From positions 88-64,087 of the forward strand of contig QZJK01000001.1 in the NCBI GenBank assembly GCA_003599295.1: a DNA stretch of 64,000 nucleotides, written 5' to 3'. Position 1 is the first letter of the stretch, and every line of letters starts with the position of its first letter. The DNA comes from Candidatus Parcubacteria bacterium (GTDB taxonomy: Bacteria > Patescibacteriota > Minisyncoccia > Phycocordibacterales > UBA2100). The notes beneath the pieces were generated by a model. The model was not told where the DNA came from, made no database searches, and saw only the letters and a program-made list of their open reading frames with translations. The translations under genes and the position numbers were made by a program. Shown one piece after another: positions 1 through 11,161 of this stretch.

Positions 1-3
1 GCA

Positions 4-30
4 TTCGCGCGCAAGCGCGAATTCCTTTTT
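4..30 (+). terminator. Hairpin with GCAA tetraloop followed by a pyrimidine/T run; probable terminator of a gene left of the window
   Basis: ttcgcgc-gcaa-gcgcgaa then ttccttttt. Confidence 0.5.
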
Positions 31-67
31 CTAACTCTCCCCCTTTCTCGGGTGAGGCGTGCGAGTA

Positions 68-190
68 AGCGAAACTCGTTGAGGCATGTGTTTGACGGAG
101 ACTAGCGAGCGCGACGGCGCGAGCTCGAGGAAATTTCCAGCAGAAAATTATCCGTGCTCCGGAGAACATATGCCGAGAAAGAGTTTCGCT
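68..190. repeat. Structured intergenic element (nested inverted repeats) abutting the rpoD stop
   Basis: agcgaaactc(68-77)/gagtttcgct(181-190); ggcatgtgtt(83-92)/aacatatgcc(165-174); cggag/ctccg; two inner hairpins. Confidence 0.55.
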
Positions 191-1451
191 AGTACGAGCG
201 AAGTTGCTTGGCGCGCTCGTGGAAACGAATCCTCTCCAACGCTTTCGCTTCGATTTGGCGGATACGTTCGCGGGTGACGCCGAACTCGCGTCCCACTTCT
301 TCAAGCGTGTAGCAAATGCCTGCGTCGGTAAGACCGTTCCGCATTTCCAAAATTTTCCGCTCCTTCGGTGAAAGTTCGTCCAAAATCTCCGCCATCTGCT
401 CACCGAGGATTCGGCGCGATGCGTCCTGGTCCGGGCTTGCGATTGTATCGTCTGCGATGAAACTGCCGAGCGTTGAGCGCTCGTCGTCGTCTTCTCCCAC
501 AGGCGATTCGAGCGACACGGTGTCCTGATTGATTTTCTGTATGGTGTAGATTTTCTCCACCTCGATGCCCATTTCCGCAGCGATTTCTTCCGGAAGCGGA
601 TCGCGGCCCAAATGTTGGCTTAATTCCCTGACTTTTTGCTTGTATTTCGCGATAGTTTCCACCATGTGGACAGGAATACGGATGGTGCGCGATTGGTCTG
701 CAAGCGCGCGTGTGATTGCCTGACGAATCCACCATGTCGCGTACGTCGAGAACTTATAGCCCTTCGTGTAGTCGAATTTATCCACGGCCTTGAAAAGGCC
801 GAGGTTCCCTTCCTGAATGAGATCGAGAAGTGTGAGGTCGGGACTGCGGTTCACGTATTTCTTCGCGATGGAAACGACGAGACGGAGGTTGGAGCGCGCA
901 AGAATGCCGCGCGCTTCGTCGTCGCCGATCAAGATGCGCTTCGCCAATTCCTTTTCCTGATTGCCGTTCAAAAGCGGATACTGACCTATCTCCCGAAGAT
1001 ACATTTGCACGGAATCGAATCCGGCGTCCGCGCGGCGGTGCTGGAGCTTTTTCTTTTCCAAGACGGTGTCCGCGGAATTGTCTTCAAGCATGCCGCCGCC
1101 TTCCAAGACATCAATGCCCGCGGCGCTGAAGCGCTCATACATTTCTTCAAGGAGAAGCACGTTATCTTCGATGGTAGGGAACTCGCGGAGAATTTCGTCG
1201 TACGTGATGTAGCCGCGCTCGCGGCCGAGCGTGATGAGCGTGTCTACCTTCGAACGTTCTCTCCCGCGGGAAAGAAGGGTCTTGTGCGTGCGGGAAGTAG
1301 CTTTCTTGAATTTTTCCGCCGCGCGGGATCTTTTCGCGCTCTTTTTTGCTTTTGGCGCGGCGTGTTTTTTTGCATGCGAGCGAACGCGTTTAACGCGTTT
1401 CGATGCCGCTCGTTTTACTGCCTTCTTTTTCTTTTTTGTCTTTTTTGCCAT
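189..1451 (-). CDS. rpoD: RNA polymerase primary sigma factor (sigma-70) with Lys/Arg-rich N-terminal extension
   Basis: [11 protein letters not shown] (1.2), [66 protein letters not shown]. Confidence 0.97.
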   Translation of the reverse strand: MAKKTKKKKKAVKRAASKRVKRVRSHAKKHAAPKAKKSAKRSRAAEKFKKATSRTHKTLLSRGRERSKVDTLITLGRERGYITYDEILREFPTIEDNVLLLEEMYERFSAAGIDVLEGGGMLEDNSADTVLEKKKLQHRRADAGFDSVQMYLREIGQYPLLNGNQEKELAKRILIGDDEARGILARSNLRLVVSIAKKYVNRSPDLTLLDLIQEGNLGLFKAVDKFDYTKGYKFSTYATWWIRQAITRALADQSRTIRIPVHMVETIAKYKQKVRELSQHLGRDPLPEEIAAEMGIEVEKIYTIQKINQDTVSLESPVGEDDDERSTLGSFIADDTIASPDQDASRRILGEQMAEILDELSPKERKILEMRNGLTDAGICYTLEEVGREFGVTRERIRQIEAKALERIRFHERAKQLRSY

Positions 1452-1561
1452 ATGACCGTGAAATAAGCCCTCCCCCTTGCAGGTAGACGGAAATCGTTTT
1501 CAAAAATTTCGCCTTTCCTTCCCCCGCCGTAGAATACGGCGGAAACGCGAAGCGGTTCACT

Positions 1562-3259
1562 TTACACCGAAGTATGAAGTTGCGCAATACGCGCTGTCAA
1601 CAGTTTAACCACAGACATATGCACAGCCGCCTCCCCGTCATTCCCCGCCCGTTCGGCTTCCTTGAGAGCCGTGGTCGCGGCGGCAAGCTTCTCGGATAGT
1701 TTTTCTCTAATGATGACCTGAAGAAGCGTTTCGACCTCCTGCTTGAAGCCGGAACTTTTTCCGTAGATGCGCTCGGCGGAAAAGCGGAGCGCCTCCTGTT
1801 CGCTTTCCGGGAGCGCGCGCAGTGCATCGAACTCTTCTTTGCCTACCGCTTCCGCAAATGCCTGTTTGTATTTCTCCACGTCTATCTCCGGCTTCTTCTG
1901 CGCCTCTTGCCACAAAAGTATCGAAAGCGCTTGGCGTGCTCTGTCGGAGAGACGCGTGGCCTCGGGCGGCGCGGCGTCGCTCGAAGCACCTTCCGGAGCC
2001 GTCGGCATCTTTGCGAGCGCCTCGGAGACGGCGCTTTCGGAGACGCTGAGCCGCGCCGCAATTTCCCTCACGTAGCTTTCACGCGCGATAGGGCTCGGGA
2101 CGTCGGAGAGGAACGGGAGAACGATTGTCTCCACGGCGCGGCGGAACGCATCCTTGTCCTTCGACTTGCTTTCAAGCACATCAAGCAGGAACACGATGAT
2201 GTCCTTGGATTCGCGGATTGTCTTGCTCCACGCATCCTTCCCCTCTTTTTGTATAAGATCGGCCGGGTCGAGCCCCGTGGGAAGCTGGGCGACTTTCACG
2301 TTTAAACCGCCCTGTAGAGCCGCTCGGGCCGCCCGTGCAGCCGCTTTGAACCCTGCTTCATCAGGGTCGAGGGCTATGACGAGATTGTCCGTCATACGGC
2401 GAATGAGTGCGCCATGCTCCGGCGTGAAGGCCGTCCCGGAGACGGCGACCGTGTTCGCCCACCCTGCCTGATGCGACGCCAAGAGGTCCATCTGCCCTTC
2501 TACCAAGACGGCACAGCTGTGTTTGCGCATCGCCTGTTTCGCTTTGTCGAACCCGTAGAGAATGCGCGATTTCCTGAAAAGCGGCGTTTCCGGCGAGTTC
2601 AAATACTTCGGCGCTTCGGGCGACACGTTCTCGCCAAAGATGCGCCCCGAAAAGCCGACGACGCGCCCCGCAGAATCCGCGATGGGGAACATGATGCGAT
2701 TCCTGAATTTATCAATGAGCCCCCTATCGCCTTTCTTGGCCAAACCCGCATCAATAATTTCCTTGTCGCTGAATTTCTTCTCCCGAAAATATTCCGATGC
2801 GTCGCTCCACGCCTCACCCGCAAATCCGAGCCGGAACAACCGTATCATCTCGTCGTCCAAGCCGCGCTCCTTCAAATACTTCTTCGCGGGCTCGCTCAAA
2901 CGCGACGTGTAGAAAATGGTGGCGGTTTCAAGCAGTTCGAAAAGTCGATCGCGTTCGTCCTTCTTTTCAGGCCGCTCGTACACGAGCGGCACGCCGGCTT
3001 TTTCCGCGAGCACTTTGAGCGCCCCCTTGAAATCCAATCCCTCTATTTGCTCGACGAACGAAAATATATCGCCGCCGAGATTGCAGCCAAAGCAGTGGTA
3101 TGTGCCGCGCTCCGGCGAGACGAAGAACGACGGCGTCCGCTCCGCATGGAACGGGCATCGCGCGCGAAAATTCTGTCCGCTCCGCTCGAGCTTCACGTAC
3201 TGCGAAATAACATCGACTATGGAGAGTCGGTCTTTTATCTGCTGAACAGTATCCGCCAT
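1562..3259 (-). CDS. dnaG: DNA primase
   Basis: CPFHAERTPSF...YHCFGC zinc finger; FRNRIMFPI, PKYLNSPET, VLVEGQMD TOPRIM; adjacent to rpoD. Confidence 0.97.
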   Translation of the reverse strand: MADTVQQIKDRLSIVDVISQYVKLERSGQNFRARCPFHAERTPSFFVSPERGTYHCFGCNLGGDIFSFVEQIEGLDFKGALKVLAEKAGVPLVYERPEKKDERDRLFELLETATIFYTSRLSEPAKKYLKERGLDDEMIRLFRLGFAGEAWSDASEYFREKKFSDKEIIDAGLAKKGDRGLIDKFRNRIMFPIADSAGRVVGFSGRIFGENVSPEAPKYLNSPETPLFRKSRILYGFDKAKQAMRKHSCAVLVEGQMDLLASHQAGWANTVAVSGTAFTPEHGALIRRMTDNLVIALDPDEAGFKAAARAARAALQGGLNVKVAQLPTGLDPADLIQKEGKDAWSKTIRESKDIIVFLLDVLESKSKDKDAFRRAVETIVLPFLSDVPSPIARESYVREIAARLSVSESAVSEALAKMPTAPEGASSDAAPPEATRLSDRARQALSILLWQEAQKKPEIDVEKYKQAFAEAVGKEEFDALRALPESEQEALRFSAERIYGKSSGFKQEVETLLQVIIREKLSEKLAAATTALKEAERAGNDGEAAVHMSVVKLLTARIAQLHTSV

Positions 3260-3331
3260 TTCTCTATTATGCTCCCATCTCTCATAAAAAGCATCGGGAG
3301 GCGGGCCATCGCGGCGCGCCTCCCTGAAGTC

Positions 3332-4021
3332 TCACTTGCCGAAGTTCCGCGGTTGTTTCTCGAACCATTCGAGCGCCGCGCGGAATTCACGGTGTGTTAA
3401 ATCCGGCCAGAGCGTAGCCGTGTAATACATCTCGGCGTAGCTCAACTGGAACGGAAGAAAGCCGCTAAAGCGATTCTCGCCCCCCGTTCTGATGAGAAGG
3501 TCGACACGTGGCACGCCGCCGGAAAGCAGGTACCGCTCCGGCTCTAACTCAACATCTGCGAACCCACGGCTCTTCAGGGCCTGGAAAAGAGGTTTCAGTT
3601 CGTGCTCTGGGAGCCCGGAGTAGTTCGCCGCGACATGGACAACGAAATCGTGCCGGTCGTGGTGCTCCGAACCGTTCAAGCGCTTCAACCGTTCATAGAG
3701 CGGTGCGTACTTCTCGACATCCTTGAATTCCTCGATGTGGCCGAACGCGTGGACGTGACCGACTAAGCCGATCACATCGAGAAAGCGGATAGCGCCCTTC
3801 ATGAGAGAATCGATCTCGAAGTCGGACCTGTTCTTCATGTTCTCGCAGGAGAGGCCGAAAAAGGTGACGTGGCGCACTCCCTGCTTCTTCGCCCAGCGGG
3901 TGACGCGAAGCGCTTGAGCGGCTCCTTTTATATAGCCGGTTTCGAGCGATATCGCGCGTTGCGCGCTACCCCGTCGGTTTCCATTCGGGATAATAGCAAT
4001 GTGATTCGGAATCTTGCTCAC
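3332..4021 (-). CDS. uppS: cis-prenyltransferase (UppS family), divergent; probable GTG start at 4021
   Basis: PNHIAIIPNGNRR, FGLSCEN, AANYSG, VDLLIRTGGENRFSGFLPFQLSYAE, LWPD, RNFGK; SD GAGGAGGG before the GTG. Confidence 0.8.
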   Translation of the reverse strand: MSKIPNHIAIIPNGNRRGSAQRAISLETGYIKGAAQALRVTRWAKKQGVRHVTFFGLSCENMKNRSDFEIDSLMKGAIRFLDVIGLVGHVHAFGHIEEFKDVEKYAPLYERLKRLNGSEHHDRHDFVVHVAANYSGLPEHELKPLFQALKSRGFADVELEPERYLLSGGVPRVDLLIRTGGENRFSGFLPFQLSYAEMYYTATLWPDLTHREFRAALEWFEKQPRNFGK

Positions 4022-4108
4022 GTTCCCTCCTCGCGCGGTTTTGCCGCACACATTAAGACCAGTGCTTTAGGCACCTTAATCTAAGGCGAGGGTCGCGTCA
4101 AAACGCTC

Positions 4109-7100
4109 TTACCGCTCCATCGAGTCCTTTTGCTTCTGGGATTCGGGAACTTCTACGGGTGCGATTTCCGCGAGGTCGCGCTCCATCTGCTCTATCATTT
4201 CGTGCTTCTTCGAACCAGGGAAACCGGTGCCTGCAGGGATGAGGCGGCCGATGATGACGTTCTCCTTGAGGCCGATGAGGCGGTCTACGGCGCCGGAAAC
4301 AGCAGCTTCGGCGAGCTTCCTCGGTGTGTTCTGGAATGAAATTGCGGAGAGGAACGATGCGCGTGTGAGAGACACTTCGGTGATGCCGAGGAGAAGCTGT
4401 TTCGCCTTCGCCGGCTCGCCGCCCGCGTCTTTTTGATTCTTGTTGATGCGGTCAAATTCGAAATCTGCGATTATCTCTCCTGCCGACACGCCCGTGTCGC
4501 CGGAGTGCGAGACCGCTACGCGGCTGAACATTTGCTTCACGATTATTTCCAAGTGTTTGCGCGCGGTCGAAACGCCCTGCAATTCGTAAATGCGGGTGAT
4601 TTCGCCGATGATGTATTCCTGCGCCTGCTCTTTGCCGCCGAGCGTGAAGATGTCTTCAAGGTCCGCGGAACCGTCCGTCATGAAGTCTCCCTTTTCCACG
4701 TGCGCGCCTTCTTTGACGATAATGGTGCGGAGAGGGTGTATGCGATATTCGGTGTCGCGCTTCGCGGCCTTGGCAGATTTCCCTACCGAACCTCCGTCCG
4801 GAAGTATCGTTATGACCGTCTCGATGCCGTCTTTCGCCATGCCAGAAACAGTGCCGGAAACGCGCGCGATGGTAGCGGGCGCCTTCGGCATGCGGCATTC
4901 GAACACTTCTTCAACGCGCGGCAGACCCATGGTGATGTCGCCGCCAACGGTCGCAACGCCACCCGTGTGGAAGGTACGCATAGTGAGCTGGGTTCCCGGT
5001 TCACCGATAGCTTGCGCCGCGATGACGCCGACCGCTTCACCGACATCCACTAATTCTCCTGTGGTGAGGTCCATACCGTAGCACTTCTGACAGACGCCGC
5101 GTGCCACTTTGCAGGTCATCGGAGAACGCACTTCAACTTCCTGAATATCGCTTGCTTCGATGTTCTTTGCGTCATCACGGGAGATGAGCGCGTTGCGTTT
5201 CAAGTTACCGGCTTCTTTGGCAAGTACGCGTCCCATGACACGGTCTGCGAACGAGCCGCCGATGTTCTCACGCCCCGGGCGATTGATGACAATGCCCTCT
5301 TTGGTGCCACAGTCGTCCTCAAGAATGACGACGTCGTGCGCCACGTCGAAGAGGCGGCGCGTAAGGTAGCCTGCGCGCGCGGTGTTGAGCGCGGTGTCGG
5401 CAAGACCCTTTCTCGCGCCGTGGGTCGAGATGAAGTATTCGATAGGCGTAAGGCCCTCTTTAAGCGAGGACGTGATAGGGAACTCGATGATCTCTCCGCG
5501 CGGGTTCGTGATGAGGCCTTTCATGCCGGCCATCTGGTGCAGCTGAACGGCGCTACCACGGGCTCCGGAGGTTATCATGTCGTGCACGGGACCCTGTCTA
5601 TCAAGTGATTCGATGACTTGCTTCCTAAGGTCATTCGATACTTTGCCCCAGATCTCTATCGTCATGCGGCGCCGCTCCATCTCGGTCAAAAGTCCGTTCG
5701 AGAAGTTCTCCTGCTCGCGCGCAGCCGCTTCGCGGCCGGCCTGAACAAGCTCTTCTTTGATTCCCGGCGTGATGACGTCGGAAATTGACCATGTGATGCC
5801 GGCGTGTGTCGCGTAGCGGAAGCCGAACGCCTTTATCTTGTCGAGAATGCCCGGCAAGCTGTCGAGTTTGTAGTGCGCTACAAGGTCGTGGACAAGTGCT
5901 CCCATTCGTTTGTTGGTTATTTCTTCGTTCACGAACGGGAAATCAGAGGGGAGTACCGAGTTGAACAAAAGCCTGCCGACGGTCGTCTCGAACACGTTGC
6001 CTCCGAACTGCTCGTATTTCTTGCTGTCGCCCGGAAGGACTTTTATCTTTGCGCGAAGGTCAATGACGCCGAAATCGCAGGCGGTGATGGCCGCGTTCGT
6101 CGAAGGCATCGCCTTCCCCTCGCCTTTTGCGCCGACGACCGTCTTCGTCATCCAGTAGCAGCCGAGCACGATGTCGAGGAGCTTCGATGCGACGACGACG
6201 TCGCCGCTTCCCGGCTTCAAGACGTTCTTATTCGCGGACATTATGTTCGCGGCTTCCATCTGTGCGGCTTCAGAGAGCGGCACGTGGACGGCCATCGCGT
6301 CGCCATCGAAGTCGGCGTTGTATGCCGGACAGACCAACGGGTGCACCTGAATAGCGTTGCCTTCGATAAGGACCGGGCGGAAGGCCTGAATGGATTGACG
6401 GTGAAGCGTCGGGGCGCGGTTCAAGAGCACATATTTATCTTTGATAGCTTCTTCGAGAATGGGCCACACTTCCGGAGCTTCGTCTTCGATGAGGCGCCCT
6501 GCGCCGCGGATGTTGTATGCGAGTTCGCGCGCGAGAAGTCCCTGAATGACGAACGGGCGGAAAAGTTCCAAGACCATGTGCTTCGGAAGACCGCACTCGT
6601 CGAGCGCCAAGTCCGGGCCGACGACGATGACGGAACGGCCCGAGTAGTCAACGCGTTTGCCGAGAAGGTTCTGGCGGAGGTAGCCGTGCTTTCCTTTGAG
6701 ATAATCAGCGAGCGATTTGAGTGCGCGGCGGCGGCCTCCGAGGATTCCCAAGATGCCGCTCCCGCGGCGCATGGAATTGTCGAGGAGCGCGTCCACAGCT
6801 TCCTGCAGAATGCGCTTTTCGTTGCGGAGGATGACTTCCGGCGCGTGAATGGCCTGCAAGCGCTTCAAACGGTTGTTTCTGTTGATGACGCGGCGATAGA
6901 GGTCGTTCAGGTCGCTTGATGCGTGGCGGCCTCCTTCAAGCGCGACCATGGGGCGAAGCGCGGGCGGCACCACAGGAAGGCGCGTCAAGAACATCCATTC
7001 GGGGCGCACATCGGCGCGGCGGAGCGCCTCGGCGAGCGCAACGCGTTTCCTAAGCTTGTCGCGCCCTGCGGCTCCGGATTCCGCGTACTCTTTCTTCAAG

Positions 7101-7804
7101 CGCTCGATGAATGCCTCTACGTCTATCTGTTTCAAAATATTGAAGAGCGCCTCGGCGCCGATGGATGCCCGAAACATCGCGCCGTACTTGACCGCGAAGA
7201 GGTGATACGCGGCTTCGTCGAGAACTGCGCCTTCGCGGATGGATTCAATCTCCTTCTTCGCTTTTTGCGCTTTGTCCTTGAGTTCGGTCTTCACCTCGGC
7301 GCTCGCAGCGGATTTCGTCTTCGTCTGGAATTCCTGATCGAGTTCCTTGAGAAGGCGCGTGCGCTCCTGCTCGTTCACGGATGTGACGATGTAGCCCGCG
7401 AAATAGACGACCTTCTCGACTTCCGCGGCGGAAAGTCCGAGAAGCAGCGCTATGCGCGATGGAATGCCGCGGAGGAACCAAATGTGCGCGACCGGGGTCG
7501 CGAGGTCGATGTGGCCCATGCGCTCGCGGCGCACGACCGCGCGCGTTATCTCGACGCCGCACTTTTCGCAGACGATGCCGCGGAAGCGGATGCCGCGGTA
7601 CTTGCCGCAATAACATTCGTAATCTTTTTCAGGTCCGAACACGCGCTCGTCGAAGAGACCGTTCTTCTCGGGGCGCTGGGTGCGGTAGTTGATGGTCTCC
7701 GGCTTCGTTATCTCGCCGAAACTCCACTCTTGGATGCGCTCAGGCGAAGCAAGCCGCATTGCGACAGCTGCAAAATCAGCCGGTATGACGTCTTTCTTTT
7801 TCAT
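4109..7804 (-). CDS. rpoC: RNA polymerase beta' subunit
   Basis: [15 protein letters not shown]...[61 protein letters not shown]. Confidence 0.99.
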   Translation of the reverse strand: MKKKDVIPADFAAVAMRLASPERIQEWSFGEITKPETINYRTQRPEKNGLFDERVFGPEKDYECYCGKYRGIRFRGIVCEKCGVEITRAVVRRERMGHIDLATPVAHIWFLRGIPSRIALLLGLSAAEVEKVVYFAGYIVTSVNEQERTRLLKELDQEFQTKTKSAASAEVKTELKDKAQKAKKEIESIREGAVLDEAAYHLFAVKYGAMFRASIGAEALFNILKQIDVEAFIERLKKEYAESGAAGRDKLRKRVALAEALRRADVRPEWMFLTRLPVVPPALRPMVALEGGRHASSDLNDLYRRVINRNNRLKRLQAIHAPEVILRNEKRILQEAVDALLDNSMRRGSGILGILGGRRRALKSLADYLKGKHGYLRQNLLGKRVDYSGRSVIVVGPDLALDECGLPKHMVLELFRPFVIQGLLARELAYNIRGAGRLIEDEAPEVWPILEEAIKDKYVLLNRAPTLHRQSIQAFRPVLIEGNAIQVHPLVCPAYNADFDGDAMAVHVPLSEAAQMEAANIMSANKNVLKPGSGDVVVASKLLDIVLGCYWMTKTVVGAKGEGKAMPSTNAAITACDFGVIDLRAKIKVLPGDSKKYEQFGGNVFETTVGRLLFNSVLPSDFPFVNEEITNKRMGALVHDLVAHYKLDSLPGILDKIKAFGFRYATHAGITWSISDVITPGIKEELVQAGREAAAREQENFSNGLLTEMERRRMTIEIWGKVSNDLRKQVIESLDRQGPVHDMITSGARGSAVQLHQMAGMKGLITNPRGEIIEFPITSSLKEGLTPIEYFISTHGARKGLADTALNTARAGYLTRRLFDVAHDVVILEDDCGTKEGIVINRPGRENIGGSFADRVMGRVLAKEAGNLKRNALISRDDAKNIEASDIQEVEVRSPMTCKVARGVCQKCYGMDLTTGELVDVGEAVGVIAAQAIGEPGTQLTMRTFHTGGVATVGGDITMGLPRVEEVFECRMPKAPATIARVSGTVSGMAKDGIETVITILPDGGSVGKSAKAAKRDTEYRIHPLRTIIVKEGAHVEKGDFMTDGSADLEDIFTLGGKEQAQEYIIGEITRIYELQGVSTARKHLEIIVKQMFSRVAVSHSGDTGVSAGEIIADFEFDRINKNQKDAGGEPAKAKQLLLGITEVSLTRASFLSAISFQNTPRKLAEAAVSGAVDRLIGLKENVIIGRLIPAGTGFPGSKKHEMIEQMERDLAEIAPVEVPESQKQKDSMER

Positions 7805-10800
7805 ATGCGTATGTTCTTAGCTCCTTCCCCCTCCACGAATTCGATGTCGATACCAAGCCCGCGGAGGTGCCGGACGAGGACGTTAAAGGTCGCGGGTGTG
7901 TGTGATTCCTCGATGCGCTTTCCGGAAACGATGGCATCGAATGCCGCCGAACGGCCGAGGATGTCGTCGGATTTGATGGTGAGGATTTCGCGCAAGCTGT
8001 ATGCGGCGCCGTAGCCGAGGAACGCCCAGACTTCCATTTCTCCGACCCTCTGGCCTCCGTTCTGCGCCTTGCCGCCGAGAGGCTGCTGCGTCGTCAAGGA
8101 GTACGGACCGATGGAGCGCATGTGTATCTTGTCTTCCACCATGTGGTGAAGTTTCAGCATGTACATGACGCCGACAGAAACAGGCTGAGCGAAGGCTTCA
8201 CCCGTGCGGCCGTCAAAGAGAACGCGCTTGCCGTTTTCCGCGACGCCGGCCTCTTTGAGTTCGTTCCGGATCTCCTCTTCCGAGGCACCCGAGAACGACG
8301 GTACGATGGCCTGGTAGCCGAGCATTTCCGCCGCGAGTCCCAAGTGCAGTTCGAGTATCTGCCCCAAGTTCATACGGGAAGGCACGCCGAGCGGGGTCAA
8401 AATGATGTCCACCGGGTTGCCCTCCTCATCGAACGGCATGTCTTCCTCCGGAAGCACGCGTGAGATGACTCCCTTGTTGCCGTGGCGGCCGGCGAGCTTG
8501 TCGCCGACGGAAATGGTGCGCAATTGGGCGACTTCGACATGCACGCGCGAGATGACGCCACTTTCGAGTTGGTCGCCGTTCTCGCGGGAGAATATTTTGA
8601 CGCCAACGACGCGGCCGCGTTTGCCGCCTTCCATGCGAAGCGACGTGTCTTTCACGTCCTTCGCTTTTTCGCCGAAGATGGCGTGGAGCAGACGCTCTTC
8701 AGGGGTCAATTGAGTCTCGCCTTTCGGCGTTACTTTGCCGACCAAGATGTCGCCGGGCCTGACTTCCGCGCCAATGCGAACGACTCCTTCTTCATCCAAA
8801 TTGCGGAGCTTGAACTCGCTGACGTTCGGAATGTCGTGCGTTGTCACCTCGGGCCCAAGCTTCGTGTCGCGAACGACGCACACGAATTCCTCCATGTGGA
8901 TAGAGGTGAAGCGAGCCTCTTTCGCCAGCTTCTCGGAAATGACGATGGCGTCCTCGAAGTTCGCGCCGAACCACGGCAAGAATGCGACGCGGACGTTCTG
9001 CCCTATCGCAAGTTGGCCTCCTGCAGATGTCGAGGCGTCTGCGATGACGGCGCCTTTTTTGACGTTGTCGCCGACGGAAACGGCCGGCCGCTGATGGAAG
9101 GTCGTGAAGCCGTTGGTACGCGAGAAATTGACGAGCGTGTACTCTTTCGTTTTGCCGCTTGAATTCTTTATGGATATTTTCTGCGCGTCCGCGTACGTTA
9201 CTTCTCCCGCTTCTTCGGCAAGAATGACGCGGCCGGAATCGCGAGCCGCTGCGGCTTCAACGCCCGTTGCGACCACGGGGGCCTCGGGTGTGACCAAGGG
9301 GACAGCCTGCTTTTGCATGTTCGAACCCATTAAGGCACGGTTCGCGTCGTCGTTCTCGACGAACGGGATGAGTGATGTCGCAACGGAGAACGGCTGGTTC
9401 GGCGAGACTTCCATGTAGTCAACGTTCTCGCGGCGCACCAAGGTCGGTTTCCCTTCTTTGCGGACGCCGACGATTTTCTCCACCAAACGCCCGTTCCCTT
9501 CGCGCGGGACCGCGGCGTGCGCTATCGCATACTGCTCTTCCTCGAGCGCATTCAAATAGACTATTTTGTCGGTCACGATGCCCTTCTCGACTTTTGCGTA
9601 CGGCGTCTCCATGATGCCGAATTCGTTCGGACGAGCGTACAAAGACATGTGAAGCACGAGTCCGATGTTCTTTCCTTCCGGCGTGTGAATAGGGCAGACG
9701 CGGCCGTAGTGCGATGAGTGCACGTCGCGGACCTCGAGCCCTGCGCGCTCGCTGGTCAATCCTCCGCGGCCCAAAGTCGAAAGGGTGCGCAAGTGCTCTA
9801 TCTCATCAAGAATGTTGTATTGCTGCATCAACTGCGAAAGCTGGTCGGTCGTGAAAAATTCGCGGATGGCAGCTTGGAACGGGCGCGGGTTCACGAATTG
9901 GACGGGGAGCGTCGTCTCGACGTCCACCATCGCCATTCTGTCCTGAATGTTCCGCTTCATGCGCGAGAGGCCGACGCGCATCCTCTGCTCCAAAAGCTCG
10001 CCGACGAAACGGACGCGGCGGAAGCCGAGGTGGTCGATGTCGTCAGGCGTTGCGCCCGGGTCGGCGTTCAATTCTGCGATGTGGTTCACGATGCGGACGA
10101 TATCCTCAAGACCGAGCGTTGCATTCGAAAGCTCCTTCTCTGTTGTGGGAAGTCCGAAGCGGCGGTTGAAATGGAAACGGCCGACGCGCGAGAAATCGTA
10201 TCGCTCGGGAGAAAGTATGGCGTCTACGTGCGTACGCGCGCTCTCGGGAGTCGCGATGTCTCCGTCGCGAAGCCTTCGGTATATCTCGACGTACGCTTCT
10301 TCCGGCTGTTTTGCGTTGTCGTGCTCAAGGGTCGCTGCGACGGCATCGTGCCCCGCGCCCTTGAATCGTCCGAGCATCTCTTTGTCGGTCGCGAGTCCGA
10401 GAACCCGGAGAAGGGAAGTCACGGGGAAGCGGCGCTTCCTGTCTATCTTTACGTAAATGCCGCCGTCCGGATCGGATTCGATTTCGACCCACACGCCGCG
10501 GGCGGGGATTATCTTCGCCGCAAAATAATTCTTTGCTTTGTAGGGGATCGCTTCGAAGAAGACACCATAAGAGCGGGCAAGCTGCGGAACGATGATGCGC
10601 TCAACGCCGTTGATGATGAACGTGCCGTGCGCGGTCATCCACGGAAAGTCCGCAAGGAAAATTTCCTGCTCTTTTTCGGAGCCGGTCGTTTTGTTCTTGA
10701 GCTTCACCACCATCGAAAGCGGCGCCTCATACGTGCGCATCGTCCGCTTCGCGTAGTGTTCATCCCAGCGCAGGTCGGCAAAGGAAAACTTCACGAGCTT

Positions 10801-10983
10801 CAGTTCGAACTTCTTTCCGGAGTGATCGGAAATGGGGGAAAATTCCTTGAAGACGCGCTCCGCGCCGCCCTCCACGAATTCGCGGAAAGAGGCGAGTTGG
10901 CTGTCCACCAGATTCGGCAATTTCACCAGCGGTTCCTGAAATCGTGCGAAGTATTTTTGCGGCCTGTGCTTCGTTTTTGCCAT
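7801..10983 (-). CDS. rpoB: RNA polymerase beta subunit
   Basis: GTFIINGVER, RDVHSSHYGRVCPI, DDANRALMGSNMQKQAVP, GDKLAGRHGNKG, GGQRVGEMEVWA. Confidence 0.99.
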   Translation of the reverse strand: MAKTKHRPQKYFARFQEPLVKLPNLVDSQLASFREFVEGGAERVFKEFSPISDHSGKKFELKLVKFSFADLRWDEHYAKRTMRTYEAPLSMVVKLKNKTTGSEKEQEIFLADFPWMTAHGTFIINGVERIIVPQLARSYGVFFEAIPYKAKNYFAAKIIPARGVWVEIESDPDGGIYVKIDRKRRFPVTSLLRVLGLATDKEMLGRFKGAGHDAVAATLEHDNAKQPEEAYVEIYRRLRDGDIATPESARTHVDAILSPERYDFSRVGRFHFNRRFGLPTTEKELSNATLGLEDIVRIVNHIAELNADPGATPDDIDHLGFRRVRFVGELLEQRMRVGLSRMKRNIQDRMAMVDVETTLPVQFVNPRPFQAAIREFFTTDQLSQLMQQYNILDEIEHLRTLSTLGRGGLTSERAGLEVRDVHSSHYGRVCPIHTPEGKNIGLVLHMSLYARPNEFGIMETPYAKVEKGIVTDKIVYLNALEEEQYAIAHAAVPREGNGRLVEKIVGVRKEGKPTLVRRENVDYMEVSPNQPFSVATSLIPFVENDDANRALMGSNMQKQAVPLVTPEAPVVATGVEAAAARDSGRVILAEEAGEVTYADAQKISIKNSSGKTKEYTLVNFSRTNGFTTFHQRPAVSVGDNVKKGAVIADASTSAGGQLAIGQNVRVAFLPWFGANFEDAIVISEKLAKEARFTSIHMEEFVCVVRDTKLGPEVTTHDIPNVSEFKLRNLDEEGVVRIGAEVRPGDILVGKVTPKGETQLTPEERLLHAIFGEKAKDVKDTSLRMEGGKRGRVVGVKIFSRENGDQLESGVISRVHVEVAQLRTISVGDKLAGRHGNKGVISRVLPEEDMPFDEEGNPVDIILTPLGVPSRMNLGQILELHLGLAAEMLGYQAIVPSFSGASEEEIRNELKEAGVAENGKRVLFDGRTGEAFAQPVSVGVMYMLKLHHMVEDKIHMRSIGPYSLTTQQPLGGKAQNGGQRVGEMEVWAFLGYGAAYSLREILTIKSDDILGRSAAFDAIVSGKRIEESHTPATFNVLVRHLRGLGIDIEFVEGEGAKNIRI

Positions 10984-11161
10984 TGTGATAACAAGATACC
11001 CGTACGGCGCGGGAGCGTCGCAGGTTTGAGCGCGTTATTAAATTTTTTGCATCGAAAGCATCGCAAACTAATACTGCCGATGCCGACTCGCCGAATTGGC
11101 AAGTGTTTCTTCACTAAAAGCGCATCCGGAACTCAATCAAGCTAGTAGCAAATACCGCGGG

